From Octopus bimaculoides (taxonomy: Eukaryota), in the NCBI RefSeq assembly GCF_001194135.2, contig NC_068986.1:95943700-96007699 (forward strand): a stretch of DNA of 64,000 nucleotides. Reading direction: 5' to 3'. Of this stretch, positions 36,793 to 46,509 are shown in pieces. Position 1 is the first letter of the stretch. Each line of letters opens with the position of its first letter. The notes beneath the pieces are model-generated. The model was not told where the DNA came from, made no database searches, and saw only the letters and a program-made list of their open reading frames with translations. Position numbers and translations under genes: made by a program.

Positions 36793-39700
36793 ACGAAGAG
36801 CTTCTTTCAGTTTCCATTTACTGATTCACTCACAAGGCTTTGGTGACCACAATTTATGGTAGAAGACACTTGCCTAAGGTGTTGTATTGTTGGACTGAAC
36901 CCAGAGGGTTGGCAATAGGAAGGGTATCCAGCTATAGAAAATCTGCTTCAATAAACTCCACCCACCCTGTGCAAGCATAGAAAAGTTGTTGGGAAGTTTA
37001 CTTTGTAACACACAATCATGTTTGTGTGTGTGTGTGTATTTATACACTTAGATGATATATGCGTATTTATATACAATATGTATTAAAATATATGCAATAA
37101 ATATATATGTTTGTACATTTTCTGTAGGTTTATCAAAGTGGGTCCGTGACATGTTGAAGTCCCAGCCCAATTACACAGTTGCTATGCAGTCTCTGACAAC
37201 ATTTATCAAAGATAAAATGAAAACCAACAGCTCATTACTGTAAGTAATATTTTTCCAACTGCTGTTTTAGAAAAAAATCCATCTCAACAAAAAATGTATT
37301 AAGATGTGAGAAATGTCAGAATAAAGAATTTAGAATTAAATAATGTATATCTTAAAATGTGTTTGAGTCTCACGTTAGCAACTTTAACGGATCATTTCAT
37401 TTCTTTTGAAATTCAACCCTGAAAGAGCCATATCTAATCTCATACAGAAGCTCTGTATCCTTATTTAATCCACCCATATTTTAACACACCTCTAAATCCA
37501 ATCCTAATTTACTGCCTGCCTCTATTTCTGTGGATTATATGTAGCATTGATTTATTTTCTTTTTTGTTGGTTTTGTTTTTAGGGAAAAATCTACCCATAG
37601 TATTGAAAATAACCACCCATCATCAGACAATTTACACATGGAGCCCATCCAGTCTAGTACACCTATAGCTAAGCGTAGCTGTAGTGTTCATCCTGAAGGC
37701 AAGCCAAATAAAAATAATCTCACACCTGAAGGTCACTTAGGAGATTCCAATAAACCTGCCCAGAATGCAGCAGAACTTTCCAGTGTCCTTGCTGCTTGTT
37801 CTCCCAGTAGTAAGTCAGATGCAGATTTTGTTGAAATGGTGCCTCAGTCTTCAAAGTACTTCAGTTCTTTGGTAGATCAACCAGAACTGGTGCCAGAGAC
37901 ACATAAGCGATCAAATGAGGCCAACTCCTGTTCTCACAGTAAAGCCTCCAAAGATTCTGGCTTAACAACAATATCTCCAAGTCAATCCAAGACCCAGATG
38001 ATAGCAACAGAAGATTGCCAGTCAAAGAATTCCAAATTGGCTGCTGGGTGTGTTGAAGTTCACAATTCAGAAATCAGTGGAAAGGACACAAAATGTAATA
38101 CAGAGACTGATCTCAAATGCTCGCAGACCTCCTCAGTGAATGGCAGTCCTGTTTTATTTAATGACCTTAATGATTCTACTGATGATGCTGAGCTCTTATC
38201 AATGATTGAAAGTGAGGCTGAAAAGAGCATCACAAAAGAATTTAACTGGTCTGATGAACTGTCAGAATCTTCAAGTTCCTCACCAAATCAGATTGCAGCT
38301 GAAAGTAACTTGAAGGAAACATTGAAAATGATGGGTCAAGAAAAACATTCAACATTGAGATTGCCAGTGCAATCTTCTTTTGATTCTTCTGGAGAAATGT
38401 TCAATGAAGATCCAGACTTAATGACCTTCATTGAAAACAGCTCCAAGATTGATTCTTTTTCCTCTGTAATTGCTTCCTCTTCACACAAAAACCTAAAAGG
38501 AGACAACAATAAAATAGAAGACACAACCAGTTCAACACAGTTGAACCATAAACTGCAACGATGTCCCTTGTTCAAAACAGCTTCCAGCCATCCACATGCA
38601 CAAACTAGTGCAAAGAACGATCTGCAAGGTTCTCACAGGCTGTCATCTGTTGATCGAGATCCTTTTGCAGAGCTTCTGTCATTTGAGTCCCAGGAATTGA
38701 AACTGAAACACTCAGCAGGACGGAAACGACGACCTTCAAGTAACCATGTGAAGTATAACAAGAAGTCCAGAGGTATCGCATATGATTCAGCAGAAGAGGT
38801 GAGTAGTGTTGTTACTGTTAGTGTCATTGTTGGTGTCATTATTGCTGTTGTTCTTAGTGTTGTTGTTGTTGTTGTTGTTTCTGTTATTAATATTAGTGTT
38901 GTTGGTGATGTTGTTGCTATTGGTGGTGTTGCTTTTATCGTGAATAGTGGTGATGTGCATTGAAAATTTGAATATGCATGTATATGTGTATTAGATCATA
39001 TGCATACATGTGTGCATGAAAGAAAGAGGCTGAGTATATTTGTGTTAAAAAGAGAAAAAGTGTGTGTATATGTGAAAGAGAAATGGAGAGAGAGAGAGTG
39101 TGTACATATGTGTGAAACTGTTAACTTGGGTTGTGTACATATGTGTGTACATATGTGTGAAACTGTTAACTTGGGTTGTATGTGTGGATCACACAATGAA
39201 ATATACATTGTAAATGCTTTTGTGTATGCCTGTGTGTCTTATTGCTACTTACTGTCTTCTCTCCTTCTCTCTCTTCCCATCAACAGAAAGAACAGAAAGA
39301 AGAACTTGTTATTCTCTGCAAGAATTGCCATCGGAATCTTTTTTCTGTACATAGCAGTAAGTGTCTCTTTCTCTTCTTTTATATATATATATATATATAT
39401 AGATATATATAATTTAGTATTGGTGAACCCCAGTGCCATCTAACTGGCACCCATGTTGGTGGTACATAAAAAGCACCATTCGAGCGTTAGGTCTCATGGA
39501 GGCAGTGACAAGCGACTAAAACCTTTGGCGATATACCGTGCTTGTGTAGACCTGTCAAGCTAAATAAGATCACAGTCATAGCTGATGCCAGTGTCACATT
39601 AATGGACGTGCTGGTGGCACGTTAAAAGTACCCACTACATTCTTGGAGTGTTGGTGTTAGGAAGGGCATCCAGCTGTAGAAACCTTGCCAAATCAGATTG

Positions 39701-42700
39701 GAACCTGGTGCAGCAGCTCTCCGGCTTGCCAGTTTTCAGTCAAACTCTCCAACCCATATCAACATGGAAAGCAGACATTAAATGATGATGATGAGTAATG
39801 TATCAAAAAAAAGCAAACCATTTACTGACGGTAGGACTCTATACATTTGTTAGGGTAGAATGTATTGATGATATTGGATTGACTGGAATTTCAAATTTCA
39901 CCTTTAAATGATCATTCAGTCTCTTTATATATGTGTGTGTGTGTGTGTGTGTGTAAATGTTTCTTCACTGCTTTCACATTGCTAAAGTTCAACCTGGTAA
40001 GGGTCAAACTAGCATCTGTGACATAGCAGAGTCAAGTTATTCTACCTCATGGTCAGATATCATGCTGAACTAACAGTCAAATGCTATTTATGGTTTCAAA
40101 ATTGCTGATGTGCCTAAATCAGAAACTGGGTTCAAATCCTTCCAAAGTCTATTTTGTCTTTCATTCTTTCAGGATCAATAAAATTAAGTACCAGTCAGAT
40201 ACTGGTGTCAATGGTGTTGATTAACTCCTGCTCCCTCAAAATTGCTGGCCTTATGCCTAAATCCAAAATACTTATTATTATTATTATTATTATTATCATC
40301 ATCATCATCATCATCAAGAGCAGGGTGCAAATCGAGACAATTTAAGTTGTAATGTACTTATTTTTATTCATTATATTTGATAGTGCCAAACTATATAGTG
40401 TACCTTATTGAACAATATATATGTAAACATTTATGGTGCTATCTTTACAAAACCTCTTTGTAAACAATATTCTCCATTTGTCCACAACTAAGTTTCAAAT
40501 TAGCTGAATCCGTTGCCCCTACTCATTGCGACATACAGCTGGCTGTGTGTGAACATGGGAGAGGGCAGAAACACACCTTTCAAATGAAACAATCCCTTTC
40601 AAATGNNNNNNNNNNNNNNNNNNNNNNNNNNNNNNNNNNNNNNNNNNNNNNNNNNNNNNNNNNNNNNNNNNNNNNNNNNNNNNNNNNNNNNNNNNNNNNN
40701 NNNNNNNNNNNNNNNNNNNNNNNNNNNNNNNNNNNNNNNNNNNNNNNNNNNNNNNNNNNNNNNNNNNNNNNNNNNNNNNNNNNNNNNNNNNNNNNNNNNN
40801 NNNNNNNNNNNNNNNNNNNNNNNNNNNNNNNNNNNNNNNNNNNNNNNNNNNNNNNNNNNNNNNNNNNNNNNNNNNNNNNNNNNNNNNNNNNNNNNNNNNN
40901 NNNNTTTTATCACACTTGCATGTATTGATGCTTTTCAATATTTTTCCCTCCATAAATACTTTTATATGCTATAAAAAAGAAAATTTGAGAAATTATGAAT
41001 CACTTAAAAATTTTTTTTACAAAAATGATATGGGTATTTTCAGAAATTTTCATTCAATAAACAATGTTTTAACATTATGTGTATATTAATAGAATAAACT
41101 GTTGGTTTTCCAAATAGCAAATTTAAACTTAAAATGAAAACATTAAAAGAGAAAGTGAGAATCTTTGCAAATGAAAATGGAATACTCTGCAGTAATTGCA
41201 ATGAATATTTAAATTTGTGAGAAATTGGAGTTAAAAATTTCAATAAACTTGAGAAACTGAAATTATAGAATGAATTATAAAAATATTTCCAGACAGTCAA
41301 TCTTTTAATAATTGCATTCTTTTAGTAATTGTTACATACCTAATTAATAAGCAGCTTTTCCCAATTAAAATATTTTTATAGTTTTAGAATTTAAATAACA
41401 TTCTTTTATCAAGTTTAAAATCTTGTCATGGCTGATGTTTGCTTTTCATTCCTCCAGGGTTGAGTACTAGGAAATACTGGGGTCAATGAAATTAACTATA
41501 CTTTACCTTTACAGATTTGTGTCATATTTAGAAATCAGTATTAACCAGAGATTAAATAATCAGAATAATCTAATCTGATTAGATCCAATATAGACTTGTA
41601 TATTTCTTCTGGCTTCGTCTGGTTTGATCTGTCTGATCTGGTCTCTCAGATTTATCAGGTAATCAATCCTGTACTATAATTATTTCAATCCCTTCATATT
41701 TTCTTCTTATTTTATACAGATATAGAAAAACGGTCAAGATTACCACCACTGGTGAAAGATATTTTCACAGATATGCAACGTGTGTTTCTTTACTTAGCGG
41801 CCAACACCAGCGACCAGCTAGACAGTGTCTCAACTGTGAAATTTCAGATTGGCAATGGTCAGTTAAATTTCAAATAGTTTGGCTTTTTATTTATCTGTGT
41901 CTCTTTTCTTTCTAAACATGGTATAATAACCATACAATAAAATGTCAGAACATATGTTTCTCCACAATACGCTATTTCAATACAGTATATAGCAAACCAC
42001 AGGATACCCCATCCACAAATACGTACACACCCTATATATTGGGTCATCCCATGAATAATGTGGTTTTTTTATACTTCTTTTATTTTTCAAAATTAAGATA
42101 AACAAAGTTCTTTTTTAGTCTAATATATACTCCCCTTCATTTTCTACAATGCTCTTCTATCTATCTGGTACACTTGCAATGCTCCTCTTCCAAAATTCAC
42201 TTCTCTGTAATGAAAAGTACTCCTCCAGTACTGTTCTGGCCTCGTCTGCAAAATTCATATCTTTCCATCCAAATGATTTTGAAGACTGCAGAATAAATGA
42301 TAATCAGATGGGGCAATGTCCAGCGAATATGATGGGTCGGACATCATTTCCCATTCAAACTGCTCCAGCCTTTGGAATGTCATCCTCACTGTATGTGGCC
42401 GAGTACTATCCTGATGGAAGAACACCTTTCGTCTTGAAACCAAAGATGGTCATTTTTCTTATAGTGCTGACTTAAGCCACTCAAGCTGCTCACAGTAGAT
42501 CTCCTTTGTTTGGTTTGAGTTTAAAAGTTCAAAGTGGATTAAACCTTTCATATCCCACCAAACAGATAACAACACATTATGTGGATGAAGACCTTCTTTA
42601 GCATGGGGTGCAAGTGTTTCTCCTTTCCCTACCCACTGTCTTCAGCACTTGACATTTTTATAGAGAACCCATTTCTCGTCACCGGTCACCTTTCGATCCA

Positions 42701-44175
42701 AAAAAGGTTCATTCGTGGGATGTGACAGCAAAGAAGAGAGCTACATTCACTCTCTGCTTGTTATTAGACTTGGTAAGTTCATGAAGAACGCATTGACTCA
42801 ATTTGCAGACTTTTCTGATGGCATGTAGGTATCAATGAATGGTTGAATGACCAAATCCAAGCTTCTCTGCTAGTTCCTCAACAGTTATGATAGGATTTTG
42901 TTCCACCAGGGTTTGCAGGACATCCTCAAGCTCTACAGATCTTCCAAGATAGGCTGTAGTTTCCGGCTCGGAATTTCTGGAACCACCATTGACACTGGCT
43001 TATGCTTATTGTCTGATCCCCATATACTGCATTAATATTTCTTGCACTTCCCATTGTGTTGTTGCTTTTATTGAACTCATAAATCAAAATATGCCAAATA
43101 TGCTCCTTTGTCATTTCCATTATAGCTTTGAAAAAATAACTGTTAAAATCAAAACTTGCACTAAGAATAAGCTAAGCTAAAATTACTGCCTGCTTTTGTA
43201 GCAAGTTGATGCAGGATAATTTATCCCATCCCCTTCCAACTTTTAGTTAATATAATTGAAAAAAAACCACATTATTTATGGGATGACTCAATACTACACC
43301 AATCTCTACAGTGCACTACACCACTCCACAGTACATCACCACCATATCACCATGCCACACCACACCACAACACCATCACCACTGCTGACCATTATTCATA
43401 TCACCATTTTTATTATCAGGTGCTGCTTTAAATAGTTGCTGGTTTCCAAAATATGGATGCTGTATAGAATATTTACAATGCATTTGCAATCATGGAACGA
43501 AACAGACTCTTGGTGTCAGAGTGTTATTAGGATCAACTGATTACCCCACTGGTCAGGTAATACATCAGATAATTTAATATCTCTTTCTCTCTCTCACTGA
43601 ATGGAGAAGAGTGACTAGTCATCACTGAGAAGTTAGTCAAATGAAGGTGTTGCTAAAACTTGCATGCCAGATATAAATGTTGGTTGTTGTGGAACAGAGG
43701 AGAGGACATCCACAGCCTACATTCATATCTGGCTTGCCAAACTTTTCCCACCTTCGTATGAAATTTGAATTATGCAAGAACACATTTTAGTTTTTGGTGG
43801 GCTATAAATATATCCTTATTATGATATCTGATTCTGTGAGTTCTATAAAAATATATTTGCATAAATCATACAAGTTTGTGTCACTTAATGAAATTTAATC
43901 TATTAGCTACTTGTGAACCATTGTTGATATTCATTCTCTACTTTTTAGAAGATCTTCCTCTATGTTCTTACTTTGATTAAAACTTATTTTATGGTTTACT
44001 AAATGACATATAATTATATGTCATATCTATTTTTAGGCTCATCAACCCATGTTTCAGTGACATCTTTACACTATGTCTGTATCAATCCTGTTAATATTTA
44101 CGTATTCCACTTTTCTGTTTCCCACAGTTATGGCTATTAGATGAAGCAGTGAAAATCAACAGTGTCCATGACTAA
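263..44175 (+). CDS. BRIP1: FANCJ/BRIP1 Fe-S 5'-3' DNA helicase, 27 coding exons in window, 5' part upstream of window
   Basis: Exon chain is phase-consistent at every junction (3899 nt = 2 + 1299 codons including stop). FANCJ hallmarks seen: [13 protein letters not shown], four Fe-S Cys (ENLCIN, EACKD, QKCNY, ACPY), [92 protein letters not shown]. Confidence 0.96.
690..1090 (+). repeat. Degenerate 84-88 bp minisatellite, about 5 units
   Basis: CTACAGCCATTGTGTT-like starts near 748, 836, 920, 1008. Confidence 0.7.
2596..2798 (+). CDS. BRIP1: FANCJ exon 2 (TSSKSSR...[19 protein letters not shown])
   Basis: ccttcag acceptor, GTAAAT donor, phase 0 to 2 fits the motif Ia exon. Confidence 0.8.
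3828..3917 (+). CDS. BRIP1: FANCJ exon 3, motif Ia ([22 protein letters not shown])
   Basis: attttag acceptor, GTATGT donor; near-identical to the FANCJ motif Ia region. Confidence 0.97.
4458..4551 (+). CDS. BRIP1: FANCJ exon 4, Fe-S Cys1 and Cys2 ([13 protein letters not shown]...EACKDYLE)
   Basis: atttcag acceptor, GTAGGT donor. Confidence 0.95.
5101..5209 (+). repeat. Compound microsatellite (ATT)(ATC)(GTC)n(ATC)(ATT)
   Basis: Read directly. Confidence 0.95.
5347..5680 (-). mobile_element. tRNA-headed SINE-like element with hammerhead and inverted terminal duplication
   Basis: A box TGGCATAGTGG (5632-5622), B box GAGTTCAATTCC (5589-5578), (AAT)n spacer, hammerhead, 21-bp perfect inverted repeat 5380-5400/5660-5680. 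Confidence 0.75.
5435..5480 (-). ncRNA. Minimal type I hammerhead ribozyme fold, probably CpG-decayed in stem III
   Basis: Minus strand GACAC-CUGAAGA-A-GGCUG(gagguuauau)CAGCC-GAAA-C-A-U-U-GUGUU: both core boxes present, 5-bp stem II, 5-bp stem I (GACAC/GUGUU). Confidence 0.72.
6957..7079 (+). CDS. BRIP1: FANCJ exon 5, Fe-S Cys3 (LQKCNYING...[15 protein letters not shown]), GC donor
   Basis: ttatccag acceptor. The only donor giving the required phase 0 before ACPY is AGG|GCAAGC. Confidence 0.88.
9466..9561 (+). CDS. BRIP1: FANCJ exon 6, Fe-S Cys4 (ACPYFLTR...[18 protein letters not shown])
   Basis: atgcag acceptor (in-frame alternative tag acceptor, exon start 9460), GTAAGT donor. Confidence 0.93.
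10360..10683 (+). mobile_element. RTE LINE 3' UTR-derived repeat, well-preserved copy
   Basis: Ends CATGGAAAGCGGACGTTAAACGATGATGATG. Further copies at about 1720-1905, 2270-2430(-), 5995-6260, 18370-18885, 21660-21935, 22410-22590(-), 23200-23310, 26715-27060(-), 35940-36130, 39420-39795, 46100-46510(-), 56608-56840(-), 63640-64000. Confidence 0.85.
10785..11640 (-). mobile_element. 5'-truncated RTE-clade LINE (ORF 3' end plus 3' UTR with (GAT)n tail)
   Basis: Minus-strand relic [32 protein letters not shown] continuing into the abundant ...CATGGAAAGCAGATGTTAAATGATG tail. Confidence 0.8.
11725..11860 (+). CDS. BRIP1: FANCJ exon 7, motif II ([19 protein letters not shown])
   Basis: ctacag acceptor, GTACGT donor. 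Confidence 0.97.
12561..12953 (+). mobile_element. tRNA-derived SINE (OR1-like) with (AAC)n tail and 12-bp TSD
   Basis: tRNA-like head with A/B boxes; TGTTTGCTGTGT duplicated at 12549-12560 and 12954-12965; second copy at 52967-53352. The OR1 name is from memory. Confidence 0.85.
13932..13978 (+). CDS. BRIP1: FANCJ exon 8 ([16 protein letters not shown])
   Basis: gatcag acceptor, GTGAGT donor, phase 1 to 0 bridges the flanking exons. Confidence 0.83.
14739..14888 (+). CDS. BRIP1: FANCJ exon 9 (VYSLHSF...[20 protein letters not shown])
   Basis: ctttgcag acceptor, GTAAGT donor; KIWSG matches FANCJ. Confidence 0.92.
15245..16275 (+). mobile_element. Cluster of tRNA-derived SINEs (GGCGGTGAGCTGGCAGAA family, (ATT)n tail)
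   Basis: Copies at about 15245-15480, 15795-16025, 16047-16275. Others at about 3270-3720(-), 4940-5100, 5213-5340, 5690-5905(-), 6262-6418(-), 10075-10270, 13128-13335, 14325-14505, 22850-22990(-), 28737-28950, 50050-50260(-), 63300-63490(-). B box GAGTTCAAATTCC; central GTCGACTTTGCCTTTCATCCTTT domain. Confidence 0.85.
16289..16991. other. Assembly gap; other gaps at 6029-6225, 18476-18600, 35255-35522, 40606-40904, 59985-60244
   Basis: N runs. Exon phases join across all gaps, so no frame-shifting exon needs to be hidden in them. Confidence 0.99.
17345..17502 (+). CDS. BRIP1: FANCJ exon 10 (VHLKHLRDE...[15 protein letters not shown]...VEDFR)
   Basis: ccatcag acceptor, GTAAAT donor, 158 nt, phase 0 to 2. 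Confidence 0.88.
18895..19760 (-). mobile_element. 5'-truncated RTE-clade LINE (ORF 3' end plus UTR)
   Basis: Same ORF-end and UTR homology as 10785-11640. Confidence 0.8.
20140..20910 (-). mobile_element. RTE LINE relic with Cys-rich segment
   Basis: Minus-strand [19 protein letters not shown] and RRMCWYG-like motifs. Confidence 0.65.
20920..21240 (+). mobile_element. Mariner transposase 3' relic
   Basis: [12 protein letters not shown].../[16 protein letters not shown] and terminal DYFE resemble YSPDLAPCDFFLFPKLK...GDYFE. Confidence 0.65.
22755..22800 (+). CDS. BRIP1: FANCJ exon 11 ([15 protein letters not shown])
   Basis: Long poly-T then ccttag acceptor, GTAAGA donor, phase 2 to 0. Confidence 0.8.
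23908..23935 (+). CDS. BRIP1: FANCJ exon 12, 28-nt micro-exon (RSKSRVENF)
   Basis: tttccag acceptor, GTAAGT donor; supplies the phase 0 to 1 shift needed for the next exon. Confidence 0.75.
25042..25091 (+). CDS. BRIP1: FANCJ exon 13 ([17 protein letters not shown])
   Basis: ttaaag acceptor, GTAAGT donor; WCLNP motif. Confidence 0.92.
26240..26377 (+). CDS. BRIP1: FANCJ exon 14, motif III ([24 protein letters not shown])
   Basis: ttctacag acceptor, GTAAAT donor. Confidence 0.97.
28149..28268 (+). CDS. BRIP1: FANCJ exon 15 ([32 protein letters not shown])
   Basis: tatttcag acceptor, GTACGT donor. Confidence 0.95.
29359..29430 (+). CDS. BRIP1: FANCJ exon 16, motif IV ([22 protein letters not shown])
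   Basis: tttttag acceptor, GTATGT donor. Confidence 0.93.
29480..30920 (-). mobile_element. Decayed RTE LINE reverse transcriptase, interrupted by another repeat at about 30250-30480
   Basis: LNMENEWD...[21 protein letters not shown]; [17 protein letters not shown]; [16 protein letters not shown]. Confidence 0.75.
31030..31156 (+). CDS. BRIP1: FANCJ exon 17 ([21 protein letters not shown])
   Basis: ttcaag acceptor, GTGAAT donor. Confidence 0.92.
31570..31740 (+). repeat. Tandem repeat CACCACAACATTACCACTACTAACACCAC in a CAC-rich tract
   Basis: About 4-5 units of 30-36 bp read directly. Confidence 0.85.
31791..31909 (+). CDS. BRIP1: FANCJ exon 18, motif V ([28 protein letters not shown])
   Basis: ctttcag acceptor, GTATTA donor. 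Confidence 0.97.
32239..32274 (+). CDS. BRIP1: FANCJ exon 19, 36-nt exon ([12 protein letters not shown])
   Basis: ttctccag acceptor, GTACGT donor. Confidence 0.95.
32570..32760 (+). mobile_element. Tc1-type transposase fragment with internal deletion
   Basis: [12 protein letters not shown] ... [18 protein letters not shown]. Confidence 0.8.
33213..33340 (+). CDS. BRIP1: FANCJ exon 20, motif VI ([20 protein letters not shown])
   Basis: attcag acceptor, GTAAGA donor. Confidence 0.97.
35651..35715 (+). CDS. BRIP1: FANCJ exon 21 ([13 protein letters not shown])
   Basis: ctgcag acceptor, GTGAGT donor. Confidence 0.96.
37128..37239 (+). CDS. BRIP1: FANCJ exon 22 ([10 protein letters not shown]...[10 protein letters not shown])
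   Basis: tctgtag acceptor, GTAAGT donor. Confidence 0.93.
37583..38798 (+). CDS. BRIP1: FANCJ exon 23, 1216-nt Ser/acidic-rich, probably disordered C-terminal region
   Basis: gtttttag acceptor in phase 2 continues into ORF 37638; GAG|GTGAGT donor at 38799. Confidence 0.88.
39287..39356 (+). CDS. BRIP1: FANCJ exon 24 ([23 protein letters not shown])
   Basis: Pyrimidine tract then caacag acceptor, GTAAGT donor, phase 0 to 1, CxxC motif. Confidence 0.75.
41720..41857 (+). CDS. BRIP1: FANCJ exon 25 ([15 protein letters not shown]...FQIGN)
   Basis: ttatacag acceptor, GTCAGT donor, phase 1 to 1, open frame. Confidence 0.75.
42039..43291 (-). mobile_element. Full-length decayed mariner transposon
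   Basis: About 32-bp TIRs TTGGGTCATCCCATGAATAATGTGGTTTTTTT (2 mismatches), TA on both sides, 1253 bp. Transposase relics [11 protein letters not shown]...[34 protein letters not shown] with frameshifts and stops. Confidence 0.93.
43420..43556 (+). CDS. BRIP1: FANCJ exon 26 ([38 protein letters not shown]...GQ)
   Basis: attatcag acceptor, GTAATA donor, phase 1 to 0. Confidence 0.78.
44128..44175 (+). CDS. BRIP1: FANCJ terminal exon ([15 protein letters not shown])
   Basis: ttttctgtttcccacag acceptor, TAA stop, AATAAA downstream. An alternative acceptor at 44036 cannot be excluded. Confidence 0.65.
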   Translation, partial: LWLLDEAVKINSVHD

Positions 44176-44365
44176 ACATCATTCATCCGGTTTTGTTTTT
44201 GTATCCACAACACCTGTTGCTCGTCAATGACATCCTACTGCTCTCAGTGACCTACTATTAAACTCTCAATGACATACTTCTCTACTCGGTGGTAATACAC
44301 TTCATTCAGTAATACAATACTCTTAATGGCACATTATGACTCTCGAGTGATAAAATATTTTATTG

Positions 44366-44371
44366 AATAAA
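44366..44371 (+). terminator. Candidate polyadenylation signal of FANCJ (AATAAA; a second at 44447-44452)
   Basis: AATAAA about 190 nt after the stop codon, followed by T-rich sequence. Weak evidence in AT-rich DNA. Confidence 0.4.
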
Positions 44372-44899
44372 ATCACATCTTTTTAATATTTAATTTTCCA
44401 TATCTTGTATAATCAATTTTTTTTTTCTCAGGTTTATTTTTAAAATAATAAATTTTTAAAAGATTTTTATTGAATAGTTGAAGAATTATTTTTGTATTCC
44501 ATCAAATGGTTTCTGCCTTATTGTCCTGTGGAGCATGGTGTATGATAGATTCACGTCTGACTAAGTCAACAGCCTATTGAATTACTAATTGAGAGAGTCA
44601 ACAGTTTGAAGCCTATCCCTAAAACTCCATTATATTTGTAATCCACTAGTCTAGGCCACTGAGTTGTGAAAAGCTTACAAGATAAGGCCTGTGATTTGCT
44701 CTTATGAATCAGTATATTAAGAAATGTTTTGATCCCCAAAGAAAAATAGAGTGATTGTTTATGATTTTATTGGAATATGGTCAAAAGTGTGATTAAACAT
44801 ATGAAGGCAGAGAAAGGTGCAAAGCTATCAGGGCTAGTCATTGAAAAAAATTGGCAAAGTAAAGAACACAGAACTTGGTCGGGTAATATAGGGAGATGT

Positions 44900-46050
44900 T
44901 ATACCCAACAGTTGATGCATCAGGATCTTCATCAATTGGTTTGATGGAATAAGAGATGTTCTAGACAATACAACAGTTGAGGCATCAAACTGATGGACAA
45001 AGTTATGAAAGTAACACAACTGATTTTAGCAGAGTATTAACTTAGATTGGATGCAGTTTGGATTTGCACCAAGATGGAGTACTATCAAAACCCTTTTTTT
45101 AAAATAAAGCAATTACAAGAGAAGCTTTTCACACAGAGCAAGCCACTATGTATGTGTAGATGCACAAGCCATGTACTAACAAGGTGAGAGTTATGACTTC
45201 AGTGAGTAATTTAACATGTATTAAAGTATCTATCAGGGATCAGTTCTTCCTTACTGTTTATGATAGATTTCAGGCTGAAACAAAGCAGTTTAAGATCAGA
45301 TGCCCTGAGGGAACTCCTATATACTGACGATCTACTTCTCATCGCTTAATCTAAGATGTATAAAAGAAATTCTGTATGTGAAAGTAAAGCCTTGAATTGA
45401 GAGGACATAAAGTAAACTTAAAGTTTCAGTTACTAGGAGAAAAGACAGGACTCTGTTTCCATTTAGGAAGTGGCTAAGCTTTATATACAGAAAAGGAGTA
45501 GATAAAAATTTCATACAGTGTACTTGATGTAAATTATAGGGGCATAATATATGTGGTAAGGTCACAGAGAAGAAACTTTTTATAAGACACATTTATGAGA
45601 GTAGTTAGTACCTGTGAAATAAATTCTATTTGATACTTGGTAGGCTCCCCAAAGTAACTGGTAGCTTCCTATATCTAGATAGTTCTAATTAGTTGTAGAG
45701 ATGGTTTTCTGAAAGCATAGTGGCTAGAATAAGAACAAGACTGAGAAAAATGCAGGTCGTTGACAGTAGCAGTAAGTGAAATTTGAGTCTGGATAAAGAG
45801 CAGATAAGAGAACAGAACGAGTGTAAGAGGAATCAGATGAAGTGTGCAAGAGAGAAGACTGCACTGGTTCAGTTGTGATATGCATGGTGGATGGCAGTTG
45901 GACAGAGAAATGCTAAACAATTCAAGTGGAAGTAACCTGCAGAAGAAAAAAAAAAAAGTGATGACTGATCTCAAGAGGTTGAAACTCAGAGAAGACAAAT
46001 CACTGAAACAAGTGGCAAAATACTATGTTGGAGAAGACTCAATCTATAAA
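44900..46050 (+). mobile_element. Decayed RTE LINE reverse transcriptase
   Basis: GIKLMDKVMKV, MQFGFAP, QGSVL, ELLYTDDLLLIA, RRLHWF, with many stops and frameshifts. Confidence 0.8.
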
Positions 46051-46509
46051 AAAAAGTTAAAAACACACACATACATACAAATGTCATTTATACCATACAC
46101 ATGATCATCATCATTGTCGTTTAATGTCTGCTTTCCATGCTGGCATGGGTTAGACGGTTTGACTGAGGGCTGGCAAGCCAGAAGCTGCACCGGGCTCCAA
46201 TCCGATCTGGCAGAGCTTCTACAGCTGGATGCCCTTCCTAATGCCAACCATCCCGAGAATGTAGTGGGTGCTTTTTACGTGCCACCAGCACAAGGGCCAG
46301 TCAGGTGATACTTGCATTGGCCATGCTTGAATGGTGCTTTTTACGTGCCACCAGCATGGGAGCCAGTCAGGTGGCACTGGCAATGACCATGCTCAAATGG
46401 TGCTTTTTACGTGCCACCAGCACTGGTATCAACCACACTTGAATGGTACTTTTTACGTGCCACCGGCATGGGAGCCAGTCAGGCAGCACTGGCAACGATC
46501 ATGCTCGAA

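Noticed and set aside
38799-38963. Val-rich hydrophobic C-terminus of ORF 37638-38963 as a transmembrane anchor
   Set aside because: A strong donor GAG|GTGAGT at 38799 precedes it; the stretch is an intronic (GTT)n tract and phase-matched exons follow.
44037-44060. Alternative FANCJ last exon AHQPMFQ*
   Set aside because: The acceptor is plausible, but exon 44128 completes the expected hydrophobic strand; not preferred without RNA data.
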